From positions 64,001 through 128,000 of the forward strand of contig CAWGPQ010000017.1 in assembly GCA_963824495.1 (NCBI GenBank): a stretch of DNA of 64,000 bases, written 5' to 3'. The notes under the pieces are model-generated. The model searched no databases. It was not told the DNA's origin and was given only the letters and a program-made list of their open reading frames with translations. The translations under genes and the position numbers were made by a program. Within the stretch, counting starts at the first letter, position 1, and each line of letters starts with the position of its first letter. Positions 9,475-18,419 of the stretch are shown piece by piece. The DNA comes from an uncultured bacterium. GTDB lineage: Bacteria; Babelota; Babeliae; Babelales; Babelaceae.

Positions 9475-11034
9475 ATGAATACAAAAAGAGCCCTGTTATA
9501 TATAATGCTCTTGAGCATAGCTTCTACTCAGGTACTTTTAAGTAGCAATAGCAGAATATCATGCCAGCTTATTGAGCCAACGTGTACTGATGATATTTTG
9601 CAGCACACCTATCGTGATCAGAATATGTGCAAGCTCTTTGACGAGATTCCTCATGAGCTGAAAAACTTATCGTATGTGGTATACCCCACCTGTATAGAAT
9701 ATGACAATGAGCGCTTTAGTTATAACAAGCGTTTCAATATTTTTCCTCATGCTATTATACTACCTAGAACTATAGAAGAAGTTGTTTATGTTCTGGAAGT
9801 ACTACGCAAACATAATCTTTGTTTTTCTCTACGCTCTGGTGGTCATTGTTATGAGCCCGGTTCACTATCTTCCGGCTATGTCATTGATATGAGTAATTTC
9901 AATACCATCGAAATGGATACTGAACGTGAAGAAGTATTTATTGGCGCTGGATGCTTACTTGGTTCCGTTATAGAAACGTTAGCAGCCAAAGGCTATGCAA
10001 TACCTACCGGAACATGTCCTTCAGTTGGTATTACAGGATTAGCACTAGGCGGAGGCTTAGGTTTACTTACCCGTCCCTATGGGCTAACATGCGATTCAAT
10101 AAAAAGCATCACGCTTGTTACCGCAGATGCTCAAGTAATCGAAGTTACACATGATAGCCATCCGGATCTATTCTGGGCATTACGTGGTGCAGGACATAAT
10201 GCCTTTGGCATCGTTCTTGGCTTTACTTTCAAGATGCACTACGTGCCTACGGTAACTACATTTAAGTTAGAATGGAAATGGAATACAGCAAAAATACCTG
10301 CTATTGTACAAGCATGGCAACACTGGATTACACAATTGCCACGCTCGATTTCAACCGAGCTTCACTTTAAATATTTTGATGGTGAACCAACTATTGAAAT
10401 TATAGGCTTAAAAGTGGGCTCTGAACGTTTTACTGAATGGAAAAAAGTATTCGGCAAGTTATTACCCCGATGCACTATCGCTAGAGAACGATATATTGAT
10501 GCTGCCATACGTCATGCATCTCTACATACAGTGCCGTATGTCGATGCTGCTAAAGAATTTGCTGGCGTATATACACTGCCTTTTTCAAAAGTTAAATCAA
10601 AATTCCTCATGAAGCCCTTATGCATTAAACCTATCAGGCTTATTGTAGATTTTTTTGAGTACTTAAGACGACATAGAGTACCCTATTTTGTATTCTTTGA
10701 ATTTGGCGCAGCTGGAGGTAAGATGGCAGAGGAGCATACGGCTTTTTATGCTCGTCATGCTCTGGCTTGGCTTTTTCAATTTATTTATTACGAAAAACAA
10801 TGTCAAACTTGTGAAGCACTGCGCCTGATTAATAGTTTTTATAACGAGATTGCACGATACTTCTCTCCCTACTCATATGTGAACACGACCGATTATTGTC
10901 TGCGCAAAAGCTATCTAAAAGCGTATTATGGCAATCACGTTAAGCGCTTAATGAAAGTTAAAAGAAACTATGATCCATCAAATATCTTTTGTTGGAAACA
11001 AGGAATCCCTTTATGTGGCAGACGCAGAGATTAA
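9475..11034 (+). CDS. FAD-linked oxidase, berberine-bridge-enzyme (VAO/BBE) family, exported
   Basis: RSGGH, GTCPSVGITGLALGGG, DLFWALRGAG, YVN...YYGNH.KRL.KVK..YDP.NIF; signal peptide from ATG 9475. Confidence 0.92.
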   Translation: MNTKRALLYIMLLSIASTQVLLSSNSRISCQLIEPTCTDDILQHTYRDQNMCKLFDEIPHELKNLSYVVYPTCIEYDNERFSYNKRFNIFPHAIILPRTIEEVVYVLEVLRKHNLCFSLRSGGHCYEPGSLSSGYVIDMSNFNTIEMDTEREEVFIGAGCLLGSVIETLAAKGYAIPTGTCPSVGITGLALGGGLGLLTRPYGLTCDSIKSITLVTADAQVIEVTHDSHPDLFWALRGAGHNAFGIVLGFTFKMHYVPTVTTFKLEWKWNTAKIPAIVQAWQHWITQLPRSISTELHFKYFDGEPTIEIIGLKVGSERFTEWKKVFGKLLPRCTIARERYIDAAIRHASLHTVPYVDAAKEFAGVYTLPFSKVKSKFLMKPLCIKPIRLIVDFFEYLRRHRVPYFVFFEFGAAGGKMAEEHTAFYARHALAWLFQFIYYEKQCQTCEALRLINSFYNEIARYFSPYSYVNTTDYCLRKSYLKAYYGNHVKRLMKVKRNYDPSNIFCWKQGIPLCGRRRD

Positions 11035-11049
11035 GGGCACGTTACGCCT

Positions 11050-11835
11050 CTAAAGCATGGAATTGAGCACACTTATATCGGTTCCTAGGGCAACACGTTG
11101 CACAGTGCTCTTTGGAAAAGCCAGAAGCAATACGTACTCTTTCTCTTCAGTATCAGGGTCTTGAGCTTCCGCTTCTTCATAGAATGCTTTAACTTCATTG
11201 ACCTCTATGTGTGTTGACAAGGGGCAGTGTACATAACGAGTGCTCATACTTGAAATACCAGAGACCGTTGTCTTTTCCTGTGCTGTCGCTTGTATTTTTT
11301 CCATAGTGGTAGCGTGAGAAAAGAGTGTTATAGTGTGCTCAGAAACACGAACTGCTTTTGCTCCGCTATCGAGAGAAATGCAAGCTGTTAGAATGGTGCC
11401 ATCGATAGCAATCTCAATATCACCTGGTTCGGCGGCGCCGACAGGAATAGCAACAATAACGTGATGTGCAGTTTTATGTATCGTATACTCCGTTGCCCGC
11501 GCCTCTTCTTCTTCAGCCATATCGTAGAGGCTAGATAAATTTTCATATCTAGCTAAACATTCATAGGTCAAGGAGATAAGACCATCGAATGCCTTAAAGA
11601 GTGATTTAGTGGAGACAAAGAATTGCTTAACGTCTTGGCATTTCTTGACAGTGTCACCATAATGGTTTTCAAGAGAATCTTCTAGGTTATCGAGCGCTTT
11701 GTCTATGCTGAATTGTATGTGCCGTGCTAGAGGCTCAAGAATAGTAAGAAGTTCACGTGCTTGACTATAACCGCTTTGTAGTAGAATAAACGTGCTCATG
11801 GAAGAAAGAATAAACACTTGAGTAAGTTTTTTCAT
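11050..11835 (-). CDS. Exported hypothetical protein with possible Hsp20/alpha-crystallin-like C-terminal domain
   Basis: MKK signal peptide after AGGAG; VIVAIPVG..PGDIEIAIDGTILT...VKAFYE...VLLLAFPK pattern. Confidence 0.55.
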   Translation of the reverse strand: MKKLTQVFILSSMSTFILLQSGYSQARELLTILEPLARHIQFSIDKALDNLEDSLENHYGDTVKKCQDVKQFFVSTKSLFKAFDGLISLTYECLARYENLSSLYDMAEEEEARATEYTIHKTAHHVIVAIPVGAAEPGDIEIAIDGTILTACISLDSGAKAVRVSEHTITLFSHATTMEKIQATAQEKTTVSGISSMSTRYVHCPLSTHIEVNEVKAFYEEAEAQDPDTEEKEYVLLLAFPKSTVQRVALGTDISVLNSML

Positions 11836-11949
11836 ACGAGGCTCCTTAGTAAAAATAACGTGTAAAGTTATATACGTGACGTCCAATTCTAGTCTATTCT
11901 GTAAAAACAAGCAATGCTTTTTGCGCTTCACGAAGCGTTGCAACGTATA

Positions 11950-13497
11950 TCAACCTAATGACACGGTGCTTATGTTATACGAAATATTACAAGGCATGCC
12001 CGTATGGCCAGTCATTTCATCAGGTATACGCAGACCACGTTGAGAAAGTATAAAGGGTGCAACGTCTGCAAGACCCTGTAGCGGTAAGATTGTACCGGTG
12101 CCTTCAAGATCTTGACGAATCATAATAAAGGGAACCGGATTAGTTGTATGTGAAGTTCGTGGCTGATGTGCTCTAGGATCCCATTTGTCTTCAGCATTGC
12201 CGTGATCACTCGTAATATAGAGCGTACCCTTGAGCTGCATAACAACTACATCATAAAGCTGTTTAAGCTGCTCATCTAAGCACATAATCGCTTTAACTGT
12301 TGCATCAAAATTACCTGAATGGCCAACCATATCAGCGTTTGCGTAATTGATAAGATAGAAATCATAGGGGTCAGTTTTTAATGATTCAAGTACTGCATGC
12401 GTAATCTTGGGAGCAGACATTTCTGGATAGTCAACATAGGTACGTACAGACAGTGATGGTATAAGCACGCGTTTTTCATGAGGTCGTACTGTTTCTTTTC
12501 CTCCACTAAAAAAATAGGTTATGTGCGCATACTTTTCAGTTTCTGCAATAGTGAATATTCTTGTATTTTCTTCCTGCAAGACATCAAGTAAGGTATGGGT
12601 TATAACCGGTTTGGTATAGATCGTGTCAAGAGAAAATACTGGGCTATATTCAGTAGCTGTTATAAGCCAGGCAAGATGCCGATTATGAGCAAGTAACGTG
12701 GTGAGCTGCCGTGCTCGATCAGGTCTAATATTAAAAAATATAAGCCCATCGCCATCTTGTATATAAGCAGTGTGATTAAGCTGTGTAGGGGGAATAAACT
12801 CATCAGTAATACCATGTGCATAATAATATTCAAGCACCTGGTGCCAAGAAGTAGCACGTGAAGGTACAGGCTCAGCAAGTATGCGATAGCTTGCTTGTGT
12901 GCGATCCCAGTGCTTATCACGATCCATAGCATAAAAGCGACCATGAACTGACCCAAGCTTGCCTCGCTTAAGCTTTGATAAAACGCTATCAAGGTGCTCT
13001 AAATATACAGCAGCTGATCGTGGTGGCACATCACGTCCATCAAGAATTGCATGAACCCAGATAGTTTCAAGATTAAGACGTGCCGCAAGCTCAAGTAATG
13101 CGAATAAGTGCTTTTCATTACTGTGAACACCAGCATCTGATACTAACCCTAGAAGATGTAAAGCTGTAGCATGCTTTTTAAGTAGTCCTATATTCTTTAC
13201 CAGTACGTCATTATGAAAGAACGCTCCTGTATCGATAAGCTTATTAAGAACTGTGAGCGGTTGATCAATAATTCTTCCACTTCCCATGGTCATATGCCCT
13301 ACTTCAGAGTTGCCTATTGTGCCCTCGGGAAGGCCAACAGCTTGCCCTGACGCACATAAAAGAGCATGTGGATACCTATGCCACCATGTCGATAGATAGT
13401 GAGGATGGGCGTGATACACAGCATTAGCACGTGTATGAGGACTATAGCCAAAGCCATCAAGAATAACTAAGACTGTTGGTGACGTGTCTAATATCAT
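11950..13497 (-). CDS. gpmI: 2,3-bisphosphoglycerate-independent phosphoglycerate mutase
   Basis: ILDGFG, GNSEVGH, GRFYAMDRD, AETEKYAH, NADMVGHSG, SDHGNAE, SHTTNPVP. Confidence 0.97.
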   Translation of the reverse strand: MILDTSPTVLVILDGFGYSPHTRANAVYHAHPHYLSTWWHRYPHALLCASGQAVGLPEGTIGNSEVGHMTMGSGRIIDQPLTVLNKLIDTGAFFHNDVLVKNIGLLKKHATALHLLGLVSDAGVHSNEKHLFALLELAARLNLETIWVHAILDGRDVPPRSAAVYLEHLDSVLSKLKRGKLGSVHGRFYAMDRDKHWDRTQASYRILAEPVPSRATSWHQVLEYYYAHGITDEFIPPTQLNHTAYIQDGDGLIFFNIRPDRARQLTTLLAHNRHLAWLITATEYSPVFSLDTIYTKPVITHTLLDVLQEENTRIFTIAETEKYAHITYFFSGGKETVRPHEKRVLIPSLSVRTYVDYPEMSAPKITHAVLESLKTDPYDFYLINYANADMVGHSGNFDATVKAIMCLDEQLKQLYDVVVMQLKGTLYITSDHGNAEDKWDPRAHQPRTSHTTNPVPFIMIRQDLEGTGTILPLQGLADVAPFILSQRGLRIPDEMTGHTGMPCNISYNISTVSLG

Positions 13498-13688
13498 ATA
13501 ATTAGAGTTACTTCGATACATTAAGTATGCACAAAACAGCATGCAACTGCCTGCTTATCTTACAGCGTGCTCGGGGACTTAGCAAGAAGCATGCTCCCAA
13601 AAAAGCGCTTCTTGTGCTAAACTGAAACCTTGTTATATCGTAACACTTACTGCAGAATCTAAAAGAACTTAAAAGATAAGGCGCTTAT

Positions 13689-14177
13689 ATGCAAAAGACT
13701 TGCTTGAACCAATCAACCCAATCAACACAACAGGCGATAGTGCTTATAATACGATCTATAGTAACCAGTGTACTTTTTGCTATGTCTACTTTTCTATACG
13801 CCAAACAGGATCAAGGAATTATTCTACAAAGTCTCAATAACACAAATAGCACTGATCATGTTGTTCGCATGTTAACCAAGCTGCAACAGACGCTTGACCC
13901 TCAGGCGACTGAGCCATTAGATCAATGGATACACCGTGTGCATTTTTTACATAGTAATGAAGAGGTTGAAGAAGAGGAAGAGAGTGGTTCTATTTTCGAT
14001 GACCCAGATATTACGCAAGGGCCTCTCATCATACATCAAGAGCCTGAACAATTCTCATGTGTTCCCGATAGTATTAGATCAATAGGCATGAAGCTTGCTA
14101 CGACAGAATGGGGATGCTCAATAATTCTCTTCTTAAGAGAATCATGGACAAGAGCAAGCAGTCTATTACCATTCTAA
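13689..14177 (+). CDS. Hypothetical protein
   Basis: 162-aa ORF with hydrophobic N-terminal segment and acidic tract, co-oriented with rsmE. Confidence 0.55.
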   Translation: MQKTCLNQSTQSTQQAIVLIIRSIVTSVLFAMSTFLYAKQDQGIILQSLNNTNSTDHVVRMLTKLQQTLDPQATEPLDQWIHRVHFLHSNEEVEEEEESGSIFDDPDITQGPLIIHQEPEQFSCVPDSIRSIGMKLATTEWGCSIILFLRESWTRASSLLPF

Positions 14178-14203
14178 ACACTCATACTACCTGACCAAAG
14201 AAC

Positions 14204-14974
14204 ATGATTAAAGAACAAACTCATATATTTGCTTTTTTTATGCAGCAGCTACCTGTGCTCGAAAAAAAGGGTATACATGAGCAAGCTGTGCTCCGCGACC
14301 CATCGCTTTTGCATCGCCTTATTACCGTATTGAGGCTAGAACCCGGACGTCAATTTATTCTCTTTGATCAAACACGTAATCTGACATGCCAAATCACTGC
14401 TGTGATCAATAAAGACTATATCTATGTAACGGTAATTGAAGATCGCTTACATCAACCGCTAGCGCCTATGATTCATTGGTTGCTTCCATTACTCGAACGT
14501 GACGCATTTCGAGAAGCAGTTTATGCCCTAACTGCTATGGGTGCAACAAGCATTCAACCACTTATAACTAAAAAAATTCATAGAGCCTGGATTAACCCAA
14601 AAGAAATCGAACGCTTGCAACGTATTATGATCTCAGCAGCAGAACAATCAAAGCAGTTTGTTTTGCCAACCCTTATGCCCGTACAGGATATAAGCTGTTT
14701 ACCTGATAGTGTCACAGCACAAAAAAGCACGGCTCGTATCTTTTTTGATAGCACAGGAAGCTTAAGCGAACAAGTGATTAAACAGCTCTGGGATAGTCAG
14801 CCTACCAGCATACTCTGTATAGTTGGCCCTGAAGGCGACTTAACGCATCAAGAAAAAGATAGAGTGCAATCACAAAATTTTATACAGTGTGCTCTTACGC
14901 CAACAATACTCCGAGCAGAAACTGCCGTTATAGTAGCTATGGGCATGCTCCGCTCGCTTATACGTTCGACATAA
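14204..14974 (+). CDS. rsmE: 16S rRNA m3U1498 methyltransferase RsmE
   Basis: VLRL, AAEQS, VGPEGDLT, ILRAETA SPOUT motifs. Confidence 0.93.
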   Translation: MIKEQTHIFAFFMQQLPVLEKKGIHEQAVLRDPSLLHRLITVLRLEPGRQFILFDQTRNLTCQITAVINKDYIYVTVIEDRLHQPLAPMIHWLLPLLERDAFREAVYALTAMGATSIQPLITKKIHRAWINPKEIERLQRIMISAAEQSKQFVLPTLMPVQDISCLPDSVTAQKSTARIFFDSTGSLSEQVIKQLWDSQPTSILCIVGPEGDLTHQEKDRVQSQNFIQCALTPTILRAETAVIVAMGMLRSLIRST

Positions 14975-14982
14975 GCTATAAG

Positions 14983-15735
14983 CTACGACGTAATTGAAAT
15001 ACAGGTTTTGGTTGAGTAGCTTTTAAGATATAAGGGCAAAAGCTCATTAACCACCTGTTCTCCCTTAAGCCATCTTGCAAGCCCTAGCTGCGCTACTGTT
15101 TCAAGTGAACATATATCAGGTACTGGCTCAGGTATAACGATATCTACTTGGTCCCCAAGCTGCTCAACAAGCACAGAACGATACAGCTCAAGGCCATTAC
15201 CAACAACTTTAATGCGCGGGTGTACACTACGATAACCACCTTGAGAATAAGCTATATACTCTTTAAGCACTGTAAAAAAATCTTTACTGGAAGCGCAGCC
15301 AGTAGTTATTTCATGACGTGCTTGATCACAGATGCCCCAATAGACATCACCACAAAAAGCATTAAGAAGTACAACAGTACCATCATAAGCTTGCTCATGT
15401 TGTTCAAGTAAAAATGCTTTAAGTCCATCGATGCCAACAAGCGATAATCGTGTTGCAAACGCTAGGCCATTAGCCGAGGCAATTACTACACGTAATGTGG
15501 TAAACGGCGCGGGACCCTGATAGACAGAAATAAACTGACAATCAGAAAGAACTTTCCCATGTTGCCGCAACAGCGTATCTACCAAGGGTATCAAGTTTTT
15601 ACTTGAGCGCTTGTTATCTTCATATGCACGCTCTAAAAGCCTGGGTCCTTCATAAAGCGCCATATGCACTGCTGTATAACCACTTTGAAGTACAAGATAG
15701 AGAGGGAGCTGTGAAGCGATGTGATTATGGGTCAC
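14983..15735 (-). CDS. tsaB: tRNA threonylcarbamoyladenosine biosynthesis protein TsaB
   Basis: GPAPFTTLRVVIASANGLA (GPGSFTGLR-like), C-terminal PLYLK. Confidence 0.88.
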   Translation of the reverse strand: MTHNHIASQLPLYLVLQSGYTAVHMALYEGPRLLERAYEDNKRSSKNLIPLVDTLLRQHGKVLSDCQFISVYQGPAPFTTLRVVIASANGLAFATRLSLVGIDGLKAFLLEQHEQAYDGTVVLLNAFCGDVYWGICDQARHEITTGCASSKDFFTVLKEYIAYSQGGYRSVHPRIKVVGNGLELYRSVLVEQLGDQVDIVIPEPVPDICSLETVAQLGLARWLKGEQVVNELLPLYLKSYSTKTCISITS

Positions 15736-15767
15736 CTTATTACCTAATTATCTAATTATCTAATTAC

Positions 15768-15953
15768 CTATTGATTATTCCGATTATTACACTTTTGCTG
15801 TTGATAGAAGATACTAAAAGCATCAAATTCAATTGTTTTTTCTTTCTTTGCAATAACTTTACCACAATTTAAACATTTCCACCCATCAAAATTTAAAAAA
15901 TGATCAAAAAATGATTGCAGGACCATAAGCCCTGAGCACTTAGAACACTTCAT
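15768..15953 (-). CDS. Small zinc-ribbon protein
   Basis: CSKC and CLNC pairs; GGAGAGG Shine-Dalgarno upstream. Confidence 0.7.
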   Translation of the reverse strand: MKCSKCSGLMVLQSFFDHFLNFDGWKCLNCGKVIAKKEKTIEFDAFSIFYQQQKCNNRNNQ

Positions 15954-16032
15954 ACCCCATCCTCTCCCTTTGTGGTATACATGGTCTTACTAAGGAATCT
16001 AAAGGAGTCTCTCTATACTTGTCAATAGGGGG

Positions 16033-16458
16033 TTATGATGAGACCGTTTGCTGTACTGCAAGAAAAGTTAAATAAGAGTCGAGAATAAAGGCCGCTGCTT
16101 TGGCATGAAGTTTGAGTTTTTCTTCTTTAGTTTTAGTTTTACCCATTGTTGTTGTCTCGGCTCGCTTGCTGCTCAGCCGCTCATCCCACAATATCCAGGT
16201 GAGGGTAGGAAATGCTGCTTTAAGCTCTTCATATACTATGCATACTTTACGTGTTTGATCGCTTTTAGTGCCACGCATTGTTTTGGGATAGCCAACTACT
16301 ATAGTGCTTATATCTTCCACCATACACAATTCTCTAAGAGCTGCCATAAGCTGAGATGATGCAACCGTTGTATAAGGTTTTGCAAGAATATGTAATGTAT
16401 CTGAAAGAGCGATTCCTGTCCATTGATCACCCACATCCAGAGCTGCTATCTTAGACAC
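16033..16458 (-). CDS. ruvX: RuvX/YqgF family nuclease
   Basis: ALDVGDQWTGIALSD, VVGYP, WDERLSS, AAAFIL. Confidence 0.93.
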   Translation of the reverse strand: MSKIAALDVGDQWTGIALSDTLHILAKPYTTVASSQLMAALRELCMVEDISTIVVGYPKTMRGTKSDQTRKVCIVYEELKAAFPTLTWILWDERLSSKRAETTTMGKTKTKEEKLKLHAKAAAFILDSYLTFLAVQQTVSS

Positions 16459-16460
16459 GG

Positions 16461-16800
16461 TTATTTACCTTTTTGGAGCGCAGACGCATAGTTAAAACAA
16501 TAAAAGTATTCTTGCCATGATTCATCTGTAGTACCGTATTCGTTATCGTACACAAAATGGTCTATAAGAGCTTCTCGTACTCTCCCTATTTCTTTAAGGC
16601 GAGGACCTCTAGCTTTGGGACCTATAATTGTTAAACTTAAAAGCTCAAGTGCTCTCTCAAAAGCCTTTTGGCTGTACTCGAGATTGCCTTCTTTTTTTCC
16701 AATAAATTGTTCTTTCAATATCACTTCCTACATTGGCTAGCTGCTCAAGAAAGGAAAGCTCAAACCAACGACCCGATGCAAGGTGCTTGTGTATGATCAT
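16461..16800 (-). pseudogene. Conserved-looking hypothetical protein frameshifted in an A7 run
   Basis: MIIHKHLASGRWFELSFLEQLANVGSDIERTIYWKK joins EGNLEYSQKAFERALELL only after a 1-nt shift at about 16692-16698. Confidence 0.75.
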
Positions 16801-17042
16801 AGAACAACCAACTGGTTAACTACGGTTCTTATTTTTTCCTGTATTTTAGGGCCGTTAACACGATGGCTTTTGTTACCCCATGATGGACGAATTACGAGAA
16901 GTTCTTCGTCAGCGTGAAGCTCAGCATCAACTACCATAATTTCTTTTTCGATATCAACGACAGCTTTAACTAAACCTCCAAATATTTTCTCGGACATTTT
17001 TTTGAGCTCTTCAACCGTAATATTTTCGCGTACAACTTTCAT
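16797..17042 (-). CDS. DUF5674-like protein, apparently with an internal deletion
   Basis: LVKAVVDIEKEIMVVDAELHADEE joined directly to IRPSWGNKS; overlaps the next gene by 4 bp. Confidence 0.6.
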   Translation of the reverse strand: MKVVRENITVEELKKMSEKIFGGLVKAVVDIEKEIMVVDAELHADEELLVIRPSWGNKSHRVNGPKIQEKIRTVVNQLVVL

Positions 17043-17227
17043 AATACTTTAATATCCATAATTTATTTTGTCTAAGGCCAACAACCGGTGGGATAACTTG
17101 CTACTCTAGTGCTCACGTGTTGTGACATAAGCAAAATGCTGCATAAGGCTTTTGCAAGAAATGGACTTCAATTCTAGCTTATCACAGGTATACTTTGGAT
17201 ACTAGCTGCTTAGCTTGTCTGTAGTGC

Positions 17228-18288
17228 TTAGCCATTAGAATTAGGGCTAGGCAAAAAGTGAGCTATGCGTGCTATAATTTCTTCAGGCATACCAATAGCT
17301 GGAACATTTCTACCCTGAGCATGCAATTGCTGAAAAAGTCCTTGATCACGCAAGATACCAGGTATAATTCTTTCTCTGCTCAACAGGTCAATAATAGCAG
17401 TACGCCCATACTCATGTGCTAGATCCAACGGTGTTTGATCTCTCGTATTTCTTATGGTATGGTCAGCCTGAACATCAAGAAGTGCCTGAACTATATCTGC
17501 ACGCCCCTGCTGTATTGCTACATGTAACGGTGTGTTGCCCTGTGCGTTTTGAACACCAATACGTACACCATGAGCAAGTAACACTTGGAGAATAAGATCA
17601 TTACCATTACGCGCAGCTAAATGCAGAACAGTGTTGCCCTCGTTATTTTGTATATCTAGATTAGGGTTATAGTCATTAAGTAAAAGCTCAACAAGCTCAT
17701 CATAATCTTGAGCAACTGCCCAATGTAACGCTGTTATGCCAAAATTATCTTGAGTATGCACACTTATAGAACCTTCATTAAGGACCTTGGTAACACCGTA
17801 AACACCATAACTATCCATCTCGATAAGAGCCAAAGCTAGTGTAGAAATTTTGCTTTTTATTAATATATTCGTGACCTCATCGTGAAAGTATATTGATGTC
17901 ATAATAGATGGCACTCTGGCACCATGACATACAAGTATTTTAACTATCTCTTGATAATAAAGACAAGCCGCATTTATAAGAGCTGTCTCGCCGTAAAAAT
18001 TCTCACGATTAACTTCAGCGCCATGCTCTATAAGTAACTTAACTATATTTTATGCCCATAGGAAGCTGCTCTTATAAGAGCAGTAGCACCATCATCCGTT
18101 AAATGATTAACATTAGCTCCTTGCTCTAGACAGCGGATTACGGTATCTTTATCGCCTGCTTCTGCTGCGTTTAACAATTGCTCATTAAGCCGAACTTGCT
18201 CTTTTTTAGGTAGTTGAACGCTCATAAGTTGATATGAGCCAAACAGAAAGGTACTAAAAATTGCTAGCGCAAGAATATACTTGTTCAC
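17228..18288 (-). pseudogene. Exported ankyrin-repeat protein with C-terminal F-box-like motif; one frameshift
   Basis: Signal peptide and ANK repeats; YGHK continues as IVKLLIEHGAEVN after a 1-nt shift near 18049; ends MPEEIIARIAHFL. Confidence 0.85.
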
Positions 18289-18342
18289 ATTACGCCTTTG
18301 TTTAAGCTATGCTTCATTTAAAATGACAACCTTATAATTATT

Positions 18343-18371
18343 ATTTTAGCTAATGCTCTATGCTTTGTCAA
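18343..18371 (-). promoter_or_regulatory. Sigma70-type promoter of the ankyrin gene
   Basis: TTGACA-N17-TAAAAT. Confidence 0.7.
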
Positions 18372-18419
18372 AGAGGATAGGCCTAGCATACAAGATGGCC
18401 CGTTAAGCTATTGCTGAAG

